The position numbers were made by a program, and so were the translations under genes. From the human T2T-CHM13v2.0 reference genome, Homo sapiens, in NCBI RefSeq assembly GCF_009914755.1, contig NC_060935.1: 64,000 nt of DNA; one strand, 5' to 3'. Under the pieces are notes generated by a model. That model did not search any database and was not told where the DNA came from. It was given only the letters and a program-made list of their open reading frames with translations. Positions 1 through 13,184 of this stretch are shown one piece after another (position 1 is the stretch's first letter; each line of letters starts with the position of its first letter).

Positions 1-1036
1 AAACAGGAATATGCTTGGCACAGCAAAATTAGAAATTCTGATGCCTTTTTTTCCTCCTGATTCCCTTGAGATCTGATTAAGATATTTTGGCTCAGAAGGC
101 TGGAAGTCAGGCTCAGCTCTGTGGTGCGGCAGCAACTCCACTCCCCGGCAAGGTCCTCCAAGCAGCTGAGCCAAGTGTGTCCATAGCCCTGTCTTCTCCC
201 CCTGTCTCCCACCATTTCCTCCCCATCCCAGGGAGAATAACACCCTTCCTCTCACCAGGGTTCTGGTCTTCTGCGGGCACAGCCTAGTGTAAGGGTATTA
301 AATTGCTGTGAATTAAACAGTAAAGAGTAACGGATGCTGTGCCCACTGGACTCCACATGGCTTACAGAAAGCATTCAGCTTCACCCTGGATGTGATGCCA
401 TACACCGCTTTTGCAGTCTAGATCTGGGTGGAGGCCACCATTTTGTAACATCTGGTGAGCATGCTCCTTGGTTCTGTGTTAAGAAAATGGAAATCCTGAG
501 GTAATAAATGGTAAGGCTGATGCTAGAACCTAATGTGGGTGTTTACCTTTCCACAAGACACTATGAAGTATCTTTGAATGGGAAAAGTCCTTGCTCAGTG
601 CTTGAGGAAGATTTAAGCTCCTTTCTGAATAAAAGTGGTTTCCCTCACTCCAAGGGTAGCTTTTGGTTGTACCTTTCATCAGGAAAGCAATTACAGTGGA
701 ATTCGTGGACCTGAGGTCCTTCCTGTCATCCCTGGCCCTGGGGGCTATTTGCTGCCTCGAGCTGTTCCCAGCTAAGCACCTGCTCTCAGAGCTCACAGCT
801 TCAGGCCTCTAGGGTGGCTTGTGCCACCCCTGTCTCCTCTCCACAGGAGCAAGGAGAGTCCACTAGGACATGTGGTGCCATTGGGACAGGTCAGCAAAGT
901 GGTGATAGACAGTATAGGTGGGAGACAAAGGTCAGCCACGAGAAGTGAGAGCAAAGGAGAGAAGGAACAAGCTGGAGAAGTGGATGGACAGAGTGAAGAT
1001 GCTTTGGAAGGAAGCAGGGAGGGCATCGGGAACTGC

Positions 1037-1205
1037 TGAGAGAGAGAGAGGGAGAGGGAGATAGAGGGGGTAGAGAAGAGGCAAGGGGGAAGAGAGGGAG
1101 GGAGTGAGAGAGAGAAAGAGGGAGAGGGAGATTGAGGGGGTAGAGAGAGGAGGGAAGCGGGAGGAGAAGGAGGGAATGGGAGAGAGAGACAGGGACAGGG
1201 AGAAA
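1037..1205. repeat. GA-rich low-complexity tract
   Basis: Runs of (GA)n/GGGA; nearly pure purine on the + strand. Confidence 0.85.
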
Positions 1206-1273
1206 TGTAGGATAGCCACACAAAAGAAGGATTAAGAAAAATAGCAAGAAGGGTAGCCAGAACCTCCCCCCCA

Positions 1274-1274
<1 letters not shown>

Positions 1275-1320
<46 letters not shown>
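1275..1320. repeat. (CA)23 microsatellite
   Basis: Perfect CA run of 46 bp. Confidence 0.98.
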
Positions 1321-1323
<3 letters not shown>

Positions 1324-2824
1324 GTAGGGACAAGAAATAACCATGGCATGGAATGTGACAGTTCTTATCAAATTACCATGGTTTTCAATATGCATGGTGT
1401 GCTGTTATCACTGGCAAGAAAATCTGAGCATTATTTATTCTCTTCTCATGACTAGATAATTTCACACATAGTATGACATCGAAAATCAACTCAACAGGCC
1501 CAAATAGTCACTTTTCCCTCAGAATTATTCAAAAATACATAAATCAATAATGAAATTTATTTGCTATGGCCATCCTACTCCTCACGCATCACCTGCCCTC
1601 ACTTTTCTGGTGAAATTCCCCATGCAGTTTGATTTTAAAACTTGTTTTCTTCTTGTTCTTTTCTTTTCATTTGTTTGTTTTTGGTGGGGGGAAGGCTGTT
1701 TCCTTTCTGCTTCCTCGGTTCTGCCAGGCACATCTCGGGATAAAGTGCCTGAAGAGGGCTGAGTGGAGGCTCTGGCACAGAAGATTTTGGGTAAGACAGG
1801 TCACCTCTCATCACATGCTACGTGACAGTTACCTGTAGTGTGCAGGGGGGGGAAGCAGGTCATGGGGTGTCACTGCTGATTGATTAGGACATGGACAAAG
1901 GCACCAAGAGCTCCGCAACATCCACTGGGAACAGGCTTGGCTGGGGAGCTCTTCCCTGCCTCGGCATATGGAGAGCACCATTTGCTGGCCAAGAACCCTG
2001 TTAAACCTCCCGTCCCAGAGCCCACTGTAGTTCCTTTCTGCTACACACATTCTTTCCCAGAGCATTTTCACATCTATCTCATTTCTGCATCATGACAGTT
2101 GTGTGAATCAAGGCATGCATTACTTTTCCAGTTTGGCATTGATACATAGCAGGAGTTCAGTAGACATTGACTACTTACTAACTAGGATAACTGAAACCCA
2201 AAGAGATTGAGAAGGAAAAGAAAACATCTAAAATCATGCTTAGAGTTATTGTTAGTGGAGATTGTGCCTCCACTCACAACATCACTTTACTTCCCTTGTC
2301 CACCATAAACTTGGTCCAAACCCACTCAGTTGACCTTCGGTCTTCCCTCAAATTTTTAACCATGGGACTGCATAGAATGGTGGCTTTGTACCTGCACCAA
2401 TATCAGTAGAAAGGTTTGAGTACTTTCCAGCCCCAGAGTTCCCCAGCATGCTGGTGCCTAGGACCTTCAGTTGCCCTTGGGGCAGGGAGACTGGCTCATT
2501 TCTAATAGTCTTTTTCTTTAAAGCAACTGAGGCCTGGGGAGAGGGTTAGGGAGGCACTGGGGTGATAGAAAGAGAAGAAAGATCTGCACCAGCAAAAAGG
2601 GAACAACTCCTTAATTAACAGGCAATAGTGGGAAGGACTGTTTATTTCCCAGTCAATTATACAATTTAGTGAACATGTTTCCTACTGATTTCTACGGACT
2701 TCCCTTAAATCCTATTAATAGACCTTTGAGGCCCTCATAGTTTCTTTTACAGAAAGCCATGTTGTGGTCAACATCCCATCCTCTTTACTACAACTGTCAG
2801 AAACTGAAGGATCTGAGACTTTAC

Positions 2825-3320
2825 CCTACAGGGAAGCTAACAAGGTAGCCTACCGCATTTTCAGTGATGGTGGTAGAAAACAAGAGACTCCTGGGTCAGA
2901 AACAAAGGACAGTTTATTACTCACAGCAAAAGCAGTAGATAGAATATTTTTTTGTGGCATTTTGTGCTACTTCCATGAGCTCCAATTTCCACAGGATGAT
3001 GTGAAAAGGGCCAGATGACATTTTCACATGCTGTACGTTGTATTACAGGAGAAGAACTCAGAACTCTTGAGTTGAGGGAACTGGAAACTTTTATAATAGG
3101 ATTAACCATGCCTGTCTTTTGTTCCAGGAGAGACATTATCTTCATTGCATTGGGCAATAAGACGCCTGCCCTTTGCTCTGAAAGATGACATTATTTTTAT
3201 CATCCAAGGTTGTTTGCTGTACACACATTCTTGAAAAGATTGTCTGGAACAATGGTGATCACTGTTTTGCTTATAATACATGAAGTGTCAGAAATCCATG
3301 GAGAACTGTCTCCCAATGGA
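2825..3320 (-). mobile_element. ERVL-class solo LTR (MER76-like)
   Basis: Minus strand reads TGGGAGACAGTTCTCCATGG...CTTTTCAAGAATGTGTGTACAGCAAACAACCTTGGA...AGCAAAGGGCAGG, resembling a recalled MER76-type consensus; minus-strand AGTAATAAAC polyA region at ~2912-2921. Confidence 0.55.
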
Positions 3321-3589
3321 CTTCCAACTCTTCACTTCCAAGAAACTTCTGCTTTCTTCCTGAGGTGTATTCTCCATGTCTGTGTAAAGTAGGAGTGTAT
3401 CCTTGGTGTAAAGCTGGATACATGGTGATCGCACCCAGCGTGACATCCTGTGCTGTAGTACTCCAGCTCCTGCCTGCTTCGCCATCCTCTTTCATGCCTT
3501 CAAACCTCTGTGTGTGTCTTTCAATGCCTTTGATTATTTTGTCAGAAGGACTAGTCTGATATGTTACTCCGCCATTGCCTGAAGCTTTA

Positions 3590-4190
3590 GTTTAATAGAG
3601 TCTGATTTATCAATTTTTAATTTTATTTCTTTCATGGTTAGTCTGTTTTGTGTCCTACTGAAGAAACTTTCCTATTTCAAAGTCTTAGAGATATCTACAA
3701 TGTTTGCCTCTGCAATCCATCTGGGATGGATTTCTGCAAATGGGATGATGTAAGTGACACACACAGGCATTGTCTGAGTACAGATTATGAAAAACACTAT
3801 CCTTTCCTGAGCTGCAGGGCAGTGTTATTTTTTGTCAGAAACTAGGTGATACTACATGTGTGTACTTTTGTCTTAATTTTATGTCTTATCCCATTGGTTC
3901 GTTTGCTCACTCTTGGGTGAAGAGCATGTTGTCTGAATTAATTTAGCCTTATAACATGGCTTGATGGCTGGTCATATTTTTAACACTCTTGGGTGAATGG
4001 CATGTTGTCTGATATAACATGGCTTGATGGCTGGTCATATTTTAAAATTTTGTTTGTTTTCTTCAGGATCATCTTGACTATTCTTAGTCCTTTGTGTTCC
4101 TATAAGAATTTTACAGACAGCTCATTGGTCTACAAAAATCATGCTGAAATTTTTCTTTGGGATACACTGAATCTAGGAAATTATTTTGGT
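3590..4190 (-). mobile_element. Old L1 (L1M) ORF2 3' fragment
   Basis: T-rich degenerate antisense L1 motifs (tctgatttatcaattttt, atcttgactattcttagtcctttg, catgctgaaattttt). Confidence 0.55.
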
Positions 4191-4899
4191 TAAAAAAATC
4201 TGGATTTGCACTCTCAGGCCTCTCTCTCCTCTTATAAGACAGTTTGTGGAAAATGGGCTGATGTATTTGTCCCCAGTTTCATAACGAGAAGAGAGGGCTG
4301 TATTTCAGTTTCTACAGCCTCAATCGGATGAACTAGCTGAGATCTATGGGACTCTGGGCTGGCTTTTGCTGACTGCCACAAACTCTTTCAGGTCTCACAT
4401 GCCTCCACATCTCTGAGTTCGTTTTTCTTCCTCTTTGCTACAGCACTGAGAAAAAGATGCTGGATCACTGTCTTACACAATAACAGCATGGCTCAACAGG
4501 TTTTCCAAAGGCATTCTGAAGCCTTCTTTGGAAGCACAGCATTTCTACCCCTTTATAAAGTGTTTAAGATAAACAGAAAACTAAAACACAGTCCCAGTAT
4601 TGAGGGGGCAGGTGAGTTATTATCTTCTCCAGGAAAGGCTACAAAAGGACCCTTAACTGTCCCTCCTACCACACACATGGCAGGCTGGGCTGTATCTGCT
4701 TCATGAGTGGCTGTTTTCCTTATTTCTCTGAGGTTCCTTCTGGGCTATCTGGGCCATGGTCGTGCATGTAAGGGGCTCCTGGAACACCATGGAGTCCAAG
4801 CAGATGGGGGAGGAGGGGTGAAGTTGGAGAAGAGAAACAGTCCTTCTGCCTTACCTCCCAGGTGTTTCCATTCAGGAGTGAGTGTAATCTTGACAGCTG

Positions 4900-5612
4900 C
4901 ATAGACAAAACTAATTCACTGGAACAGATATTGCAGTAGAGAAAGAATCCAATTAATGCAGAGCTGGCCAAGTGAAATGACTGGAGTTTATTACTCAAAT
5001 CAGCCTCCTCCAGAACTCAGAGGCTAGGGTTTTTCTGGGTAAGTTGGTGGGCAGAGGGCTAGGGAATGGGTGCTGCTGATTGGCTAGGGATGAAATCACA
5101 GGGGTGTGGAAAATGATCTTCATGAGTTGAGTCTGCCCCTGGGTGGTGCCCAGGACTAATTAATCATGAGTCATGGGTCTGGGTGGTGCCAGGATGCAAA
5201 CGGTTAAAAAACATCCTGAAAGACAAATCTTAGGTTCTACAACAGAGATGCTATCTATAAGAGCACCTGGGGAAGTCACAAACCTTGTGATCTCTGGTGG
5301 AGTAAATGATTATAGAAAGGCAAGCTATGCCTGCATCTTAGCAGAATTCAGAGCTCTCCCATAATCCTAATCTTGTGCCCTTTCTTCGTTTTACAAAGAC
5401 AGTTTTAGTTACCAAACAAGGAGGGGGTCAGTGTTAGGGAGGGACTATTATCATTCTTGCTTCAACATTAGATTGTAAACTAATTCCTCCCATGGTTAAC
5501 TTGGCCTGTGCCCAGGAATGAGCGAGGGCAGCCCACCTGTGAGGCTAGAGCAAGGTGGACTCAGCCAGGCTACAATCCTCTCACTCTTGTAATCTTCGCT
5601 CAGGGACGTTTA
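4900..5612 (-). mobile_element. ERV1 (MER4-group) solo LTR, LTR8-family
   Basis: Antisense LTR8-like motifs: ttttattactcaaatcagcct, gctgctgattggctagggatgaaatca, taattcctccatggttaacttggcc...ccaggaatgagc. Confidence 0.75.
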
Positions 5613-6324
5613 AGAGGCTCCCTCCTGCAGCTCCTCCCTCATGTGTTCCTAAACAGCTGCAATTTTCTCAGTGACTACTCAGCCGTGCTGCGGGTCCCTA
5701 TCCACCCCCTGGCCCATCCTGGGTGTTCATCAGACAGTTCTTTCCCTCAGTAGCAGAACGTTAATTGTTCTGCAATGTGAGGTGATCTGTCTCCTGAGGC
5801 TCTGGACCCCACCAACCTCCTCAGTTTAGACACATCCCAGTAACCTGAGACAGTCCTGTTGTTTCTGTCTCAAATTCTGTTCTCCCCCTCACAAGCACAT
5901 AATTAAGTGATTATAACTACTCTGGACACCTAATTCACATGCAGATAAGCTTGTCCCCAGGACCATTTGTACATTTTAACAAGTAATTAGCAATGTTAAT
6001 ACTGGCTGTCCCCTCAGGACCCTTGATGTGTGTGAAGGAGACTGACAGATCAGAATCAATCTCAATAGAAAGAGACTTGTTCCTTCCCCTTGCAGGCAGC
6101 TGGAGTCTTTCCAGGAACTCAGCACTCATACTTTATTTCTTACTGTGAAGTTTTTCATCTAATATATTTGACTTACCCTAGCTGGTCATTTGGTCCCCTC
6201 TGATCCAGAAAACAGTCACTCTGGGCTGGTGTAAAGGCTCTACTTTTGGGTCCTAGGAGTTATAGGAAAGCTCTGTGAAGCTAGTGGCCTGGCAAGGTGG
6301 GCCAAGGAGTCAGCACCAGGTCAG

Positions 6325-6467
6325 AAGGCTCTCTACTGCCATACAGTCAAGGAGGTGAGTAAGGCTCTCTACTGCCATACAGTCCAGGAGGTGAGTAAGG
6401 CTCTCTACTGCCATACAGTCCAGGAGGTGAGTAAGGCTCTCTACTGCCATACAGTCAAGGAGGTGAG
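6325..6467. repeat. Minisatellite, 36-bp unit x4 (AAGGCTCTCTACTGCCATACAGTCMAGGAGGTGAGT)
   Basis: Units start at 6325, 6361, 6397 and 6433; they differ only at one A/C position and at the last base. Confidence 0.97.
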
Positions 6468-7544
6468 GGCTAAGATGGCAGCTGGTTTGTTGGTGGTGGT
6501 GGTGTTATGGTGTTATGGCCAGCCAGGTGTGAGTCAAGGCAATGTGGTATTGGAGGTGAAAACCTGGGTTTTAGTCCTGATTTTGCCTCTCAGACCTTCA
6601 GTTCCTTCATGAGCTGGATTCGAAAATCACTGCTTCTTTAGGTTATGATGAAACTTCTTGAGGAAGCTATGCTGAGTGCCCTGCATGATGTGTGACATGA
6701 GGACAGCAGTTTCTGCAGTCCCCTTGGGAGGAAGAAACTCATTCTTACCCTATTCTGCCAACAGACATCACCTGCTAGTGTCAGAGGAAGCCAACCCCTG
6801 ACACCCAGATTCTCTTGGCTATTGAAATGTTACCATAATATTTTTGACAGAGAGAAACACACCCCTCTGTTTTGGCAGTGGCAGTGTGAGAAGGGCAGCT
6901 CTGCTGCTGTGGAAACAGAGTCCAGTCTTTCATTATGGCAGGTTTGGTGGGGTCCCTGATGAAGGTAGTGCAAGGGCTGGAGGTGACTTTTCCAACACAT
7001 TTCTGTGAGAAAGTAAAACTTGAGATAATTACCTGGCTTTTCCCAAATAATCAACTGCTTTGCAGGATGTGGCTAAAATATCTGAGTAGTTAGCTGCCTC
7101 AATGTTGCTTCTCAGTTTTGGCTTCTGAAAGAGATGTCATGAGGCTGTGCAAGGTGAGCCTGTGTACTCAGGTCCTGTCCCCTCACCTGGAGAGCCACGA
7201 TGGCAGGGGTGGGGCCTGCATGTCCTATCTCCTGGGTGAGAAGTCTGGGGTCTGAGTTTCCAATCTCACAGACCCTATGTGCCCCGGGCAATGGGGAGCA
7301 GAAACCTTCTGGACTTTTCTCCTTTCTCCTCTACCACATTTGATTTCTTCATAACTACCTGCAATGTCAGTGAAACAGGACCCAGCTGATGAACTGCTCT
7401 CCACAGAAATGCTATGGCATGCTTGGCAACAAAAGTCAATTTTGAGTAAGGAAAAGAAGGGAAATAGGAGCCTAAATCCCAAGTGGCCTGACCACTAGGC
7501 TGTCAGCAGAAGCCTATGGAAATGCAGAGTTCAACCCATGTGAG

Positions 7545-7940
7545 TAAGTTACCTGCTGCTAAAATCAAGTGGCACCATGTGACACATTACCTCAAAAGTT
7601 AATGACTTACAACAAGAGACATTTTATTACACGTCATGATTTTGTCAGGCATTCGAGCCGTGCTTGGTGAGGCCCTGCTTTGATCCACATGGCTTTGACA
7701 GAGGTCCCTGGAGGCATGAAGTGGAGGATGGTCTGGAATGGGGCTCAGGGCGGCTCCACTCATGTGCCTGGTGCCTGGTGAGGATAGAAGGCTGGGCCCG
7801 GGGGACTCAATCCCAGAGCCTGCCTGTGGCCTTCACGTGAGTCTTGGGCTTCTCAGAGCATTGTACTCCCAGGGAGAAAAAGAGTGATCCTGAGGAAACA
7901 TTCTGAGAGCAATCACCGTAACAGCCAGAAGTGGAAGCCA
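7545..7940 (-). mobile_element. MaLR LTR (MLT1H/G-like), first segment
   Basis: acattacctcaaaagttaatgacttacaacaa...cactcatgtgcctggtgcctgg...gaaggctggg is typical antisense MLT1 sequence. Confidence 0.6.
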
Positions 7941-7944
7941 AAGG

Positions 7945-8467
7945 AACAGCGGGAGGAATCTGACATAGGTGACTCCATCTTGCTTCTGATCTCACAAGCC
8001 ACTGCCTTTGCTCATTCCTGCATGTAGACCAAGCTAATCACGGGAAGAATTTAGATTGCAGTTTAACTTTGGCACTAATGACTGTCTCTCCGTTGAAACA
8101 CACCCCCGAGGAGATAAAGAATCACACACACAACAGTGCTATTTTAAAGATTTACAGGAACAAGGTGGATCTGACAAGTAGTAGACCAGGAGCAAAGAGA
8201 AAAGAGTTTTGCAACCTCTTCAGGCCCCTTTTGACATCCAGAGGTCACCTGTCACCTCCGCACCTTAACCGTTCCCTGTTTGCTTGTCCTCTAACATAGA
8301 AGGAGCCTAAAAATGTATCAGCGTCAGATGGTTCTTCAGGGCATTAGTCCACCGTCTTCTCACTTTGCTGACTCCTAGAATAAAATCATCTTTCTTGCCC
8401 CAGCACTTTGCCTCTGAACTTATTGACTGTCATGCAGCAGGCGGTGTGAGCTTTGGACTTGGCTACA
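7945..8467 (+). mobile_element. ERV1 (MER4-group) solo LTR, LTR26/LTR8-like, inserted in MLT1
   Basis: aatctgacataggtgactccatcttgcttct...gctcattcctg 5' block; AATAAA at ~8378; ends ...ttggacttggctaca. Confidence 0.7.
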
Positions 8468-8640
8468 ATAAGAGCTCCTTAAGATCTGGGCAGCAAAACA
8501 GATACACGGTCACTTCTACCATTCTCCACTGGCTGAGCTGTCTCATCGTCTGCTCAGGACAGGGCAGGGGACGCAGTCCCACCTCTCCATGGGGGGTTGT
8601 GCAACCCTTTGCAGTTATCTTTAAATTCACTTCACTGCTT
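8468..8640 (-). mobile_element. MaLR LTR (MLT1H/G-like), second segment
   Basis: tcacttctaccattctccactggc...cccacctctccatgggggg...tttgcagttatctttaa continues the MLT1 consensus after the ERV1 LTR. Confidence 0.55.
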
Positions 8641-10559
8641 TTTTGAGAGAGTAACAGAAAAATAGTCACCATGAGGAAAGAAACCATGCAGTGTGACTGA
8701 GCCATGGGCTGCTCCTTCAACTCTAAAATGTGTTGCTGTTTTCAGTCATGGATGGAGCCTGACTGGAGACGCTCTGGGATACGGTTATGTCCTTGTCCTG
8801 AAGACCCTCACATGCTAGGGAGGGAGAGGGCATCTGACCACTGGCCAAGCTTCAGGGTGGACTGCAAAGGCTGATGTGGAGCCGAAGCAGGGTTTCTAAT
8901 TATTTTATACTCTTAACTCCAACCAGAGATGCGAGGTTCCAAATTCTGCCTCTGGCCCACATAATACCTCAAGGACAGATTCTTTGGGAAAGGCTGCCCG
9001 TTCACCTAAGGCCATTGTTCAACACATACTCGACTTCCCTATGCCGTGGCTATCTGTTCCTCTATAGGCCCTGGAAATGGCCTCCTGCCGTGGCCTTGTC
9101 CTCTACCTCCCTACTGGACACCTGTCTGTATGGCCACAGGGCTGGGGAACTCTCCCACTTCTCTGAGCACCTGGTCACTGTGACTGAGGATGTGCCCATC
9201 CCTGGAGCTGGGACGTCAGGGTGGGGAAGGCCACCTCCACCTTGGGCTTGTGGGCCTCTGGGCCTGGGCCATCCTGGGGGGCTCTGAGAGCTGAGTGCTG
9301 TGGAGACCAAGTGGGAAGGATTTCTACATCCTGGAGGATATTGCTTCATCTTTAAAACTCATCTTCAGCCCCGGTAATGCTGTTTTTCAAAGAAACATGC
9401 CTTTGGGAAGAAACAGAATTGAAAATGAAGACGTTCCTGCTGCAGGACTTCTAAAAGGGATCAGCAGCAGCAGAGGCCCCACGGGTGAATGGAGAGGGGA
9501 CACTGCTGCAGAAACGAGCAGGGACAGGCAGGAGGGTGGCTCTCCGAGGAGCGGCAGTGTCCTCTAGGGAGGGCAACTGCGGTAAAGCCAGCATTGCGGG
9601 CCACCAAGGCATCAGTTTCAGGCCACAGTAAGCCAGAGTCTTTCCTTGAAGGTTCGTTTGCCCATAATCCTCCTCTCTTGATGGATTCTTTTAAAAGTGC
9701 CAGAGCATCTGCAATTCTCTAGTTCCTGAAACAAAAATAGTCTCCAATTCTCACTCCTCTCCTTGGAGATTTGCCCAACACCACCCAAGCCCAAGGAGGC
9801 AAAGCTTCCCAGAGGACATATGGCTTATTACCAAGGCGAGAGAAGATGGTCTTGTGATGGTTCCAAGTTATCCTCAAATCAGTCTCCCCATCGCAGAGGG
9901 CAGGTGTCTCCCCAGAGTGTCCTGGAGGTGACCTTTCTTGCCTCACAAGGAGCAGGACTTGACTTCCTCCAAATGCCTGACAAGCTTCTGCCCGGGGGAC
10001 TGTCAGTTCAGTGGCCCTGAGGGTGTCAGCTTCTTTTGCTTTTGCTTTTTATTTGCCCACAATCCTTCTCCTTACCTGATAGAATCTTCTCAAAGTTGTT
10101 GTGAAACTCTCAGACAGGCACCTTTCCCACCGCTGGGCACTGGCCTCTTTGCTGCCACGGAGGAGACGAGAGCGGCTGCCGAGAGCCTCAAGCTGAGCAG
10201 CTCAGGAGGAGCTCTGCATCCTGCCAGGCAGCGCTGTGGATGGAACTCCCACTCAGCCTCCTGTCTGGGGTTGGGGGAGGGTGTCTCAAGGCACAGGAGC
10301 TGAGTGTGGACCTCCACTCCCCAAACCTGGCCCTTTCAGCGGTCCCCTGGTAGGATGGAGGCCGTCAGTCTCATCCGTAACAGCTGCAGGAAGCCTAGGG
10401 CTTGCCCTTGACCTGTCTCTCCCTCACACTCACTTTCTCAAGCACCTCCAAGGCCGTCTCATCCCACTCCTCCCCCAAGCTCAGTCTGCACTGAGACAGC
10501 CTTCCTGCCAGTGCTGCAGCGGCCTCTGCCATCCCCACTGGTGACAGCCCCGGCTCATG

Positions 10560-10965
10560 TTATCCCTACCTCAGCTTTCTATGGCACAGAGTGGCTTAAC
10601 ACAACACAAAGATGACAGTTCTGTCATCAGAGCTGGACGTGGGTCTCATGGGTTCCAGTCAAGGTGCCCGCAGGGCCGCATTCCTCCCTGAGGGTGCTGA
10701 GGGTCTGTTTCCTTGCTCCTTCTGCTCATTCAGGTCACTGGGGGAATTCAGTTGCTTGTTGTAGGACTAAGGGCCTCTGACACACTCTTCTACCCTCCAC
10801 TTCCGCCATCATATGACCGCATCCAGTTGGCCCAACTAGGACATCCAGGAGTACCCCCATCTCCAGGGACTTAGCACCACCTGTATCTGCACAGCGCCTC
10901 ACGGTCTAAAGCAGTGTCTTCACAGGTCCTGGGGATTAGGGCGGGGACATTATCCCGCCTGCTGC
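10560..10965 (-). mobile_element. MaLR LTR (MLT1C/D-like)
   Basis: agtggcttaacacaacacaaa...caaggtgcccgcagggccgcattcct...gtaggactaagggcc...cacaggtcctggggattaggg. Confidence 0.7.
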
Positions 10966-11574
10966 AGCCACCTGGCTTCCACCCACCTGGAACTGAGGAT
11001 GTAGTCATCCCTGGAGCCTGGACATTGGGTGGGGAAGGTCGCGGCCAGCCTGGGTGTACGCACTGCACAATGCTTGTCTTTGTTCTGAGGACAAAGAAGC
11101 ACGTCAGTGGCTTGAGAGGTCCCAGAAGATTCACTGCAATTGTACCATCCATAAGTTTCAGTACTAGCATCCCTAGGGAAGGTGACGGGCTTAGGACCTC
11201 TGTAACTTCCCGGCGTGGACCCAAAATCTGTGTTCAGGGGTGGCTGAGTCCTCCTCACTGGGGCCATCTGACCCTCTGATGAAGAAAACAGCACGGTTTT
11301 TAGATTAGGCTGCCCAGTGTGCAGCACAAGCAGTGTGTCTACAGGGACACAACCTGAATTCGGAAGCTCGCACCCCGGAAACCATGGAGCATCTGTGGGG
11401 AGTGCAGGGAGAACTGGGGGCCAGGAATGGGCCAGCCATGCATGCACACGTGTTTGTGTATGGGCTGTGTGTGTGCATGCTGGGGTGCAGGGATGCTAAG
11501 AGATGCCCTGTGCTTCGTAGGCAATGCTTCTGGCAATTCTGAAACTTTGTGAGATGAGTTCTGTGACAGCTTCT

Positions 11575-11695
11575 GCCTCACAGATAGAAACATGAGGCAC
11601 GGGAAGTTAAATAGCGTGCTCGGAGCTGAGGGCTAGTAGACGCAGATCCAGGATCCAGCCTGGCTCCTGTTCCAGAGTTTGCACCTTTAGCCCTG
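11575..11695 (-). mobile_element. MIR fragment
   Basis: cacagatagaaacatgaggcacgggaagttaaatag matches the MIR core. Confidence 0.55.
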
Positions 11696-13184
11696 CTCAT
11701 GCTGCATCTGGACTGGGGCAGGTCTGTGAAGACCTTGTTTAATGAGGTTGATTCTATCAGCAACAGGGAATCATGGGAGAACTTGGAACTAGGGGAGTGT
11801 GGTCAGAATAGTGCTCCAGGCAGCAGCGCATGGATGGATTGGATGGGTCTAGAGACAGGGAGACCTGTCTATTTAGAGCAGGATGCCCAGCACAGGGACA
11901 GGATGGAGTGGGGCACTGGGTGCTTCAAGCCAAGTGTCCCGTGGATGAATGACCAGGCCAAGGTTTGGGTAGAGCATGGGGACGGTTGGGTTCTGGAGCA
12001 TTAGAGCTCCCCACGGCTGCTGAACGTTTCCTCTCAGAGTCAGCACACTGAGTGGGGCCTTGTGAGGAAGGCGAGGCAAGCCGTGGAGCTATGAATTTAC
12101 CTGCAGTGTCTTCTTTCGTGTGTGAATTCATTTGTATCATTTAATGCAAAGAATATCACAAGGAAATCAGGTGACCGGGGAGGCGAGGCAGCAGTGTCCT
12201 AGGCAGGGCATGGCATGCCAAGGTGTCTGTGACCCACTTCCCCAGCAACAATACCCGCTGCTGATGGTCACTGGACAAACCCAGAGTTTTGGGAGTTCTC
12301 GTTGTTAAGACCATTGTAGTTAGACTGTCACAGTCAGAAAAAGACTAGGAGGACACATGTGCCACCCTCGTTATGTTGGGGGAGAATTTCACCTTATCCA
12401 TCCCAGAGAGCAGAGAGTTTCCTCTTTTGTAAAAGTGTGTATCAAGCAGAATCCACATTTTTGCTCTGTAGTAACACATTCCTTGTGTGTGGTGTTCTGC
12501 TACAATCTAGTAACAATGTGGTGGAGAGAAAGGAGGAAAATAGGCCACACCAAAGGACTTACTAGTTATGCAATGCACTCGAATCCAGTTTAAGTTCGGC
12601 GCTCTCATCTGTAAAAGTGGGGCAAGAATTTGCCTTTTGATGTTGGGAGATCAAGTTCTTGGCTGAGGGAGGGTTTGGAAATTATAGATCACTCACAAAT
12701 GTTATTGCTGTGGGCGTTGGCAGTGTTGCCTCCAGAAAGCACTGTGGTGAAAGGAAGAGTCCATTTTCTGAAGCTCCCTCTGTCTCATCAGCTAAACTAC
12801 TCCAGTGCCCAGAGCTCTCTGATAGACCCCTTCTCCAAATTAGAATCTTCACTTCAGAATCAGAGCGTCATCCTGATGGCATTGCTTCCCAAGTGCTTGA
12901 GTGCAGGAACATGGCTGCTAAGGGTAACCCCAAGGAAGGGAGGCTTCTAGGGCCCTGACTGAGCAAGTAGGCACCCCTGCCTGACTCCCCTCAGCATGAA
13001 AAGCATTACATTTCCTCCACCACCAGAGGAGGGATCTAAGCTCATTTCTCCATTCACAGTCACAATATTTGATCCTGTGCATTCCCATACTAAGGTTTCC
13101 ATATGTGGTAGTCATCACCATTATCATTAGCAGCAGCTACTGTAAATATTTTTCAGTGCCTTAGTATACGTCCAAGAGGTCAGC

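Noticed and set aside
793-1395. 200-aa ORF
   Set aside because: Spans (CA)n and GA low-complexity sequence; artefactual.
4900-8467. Two LTRs flanking a provirus
   Set aside because: Opposite orientations, different 3' halves, no internal gag/pol sequence.
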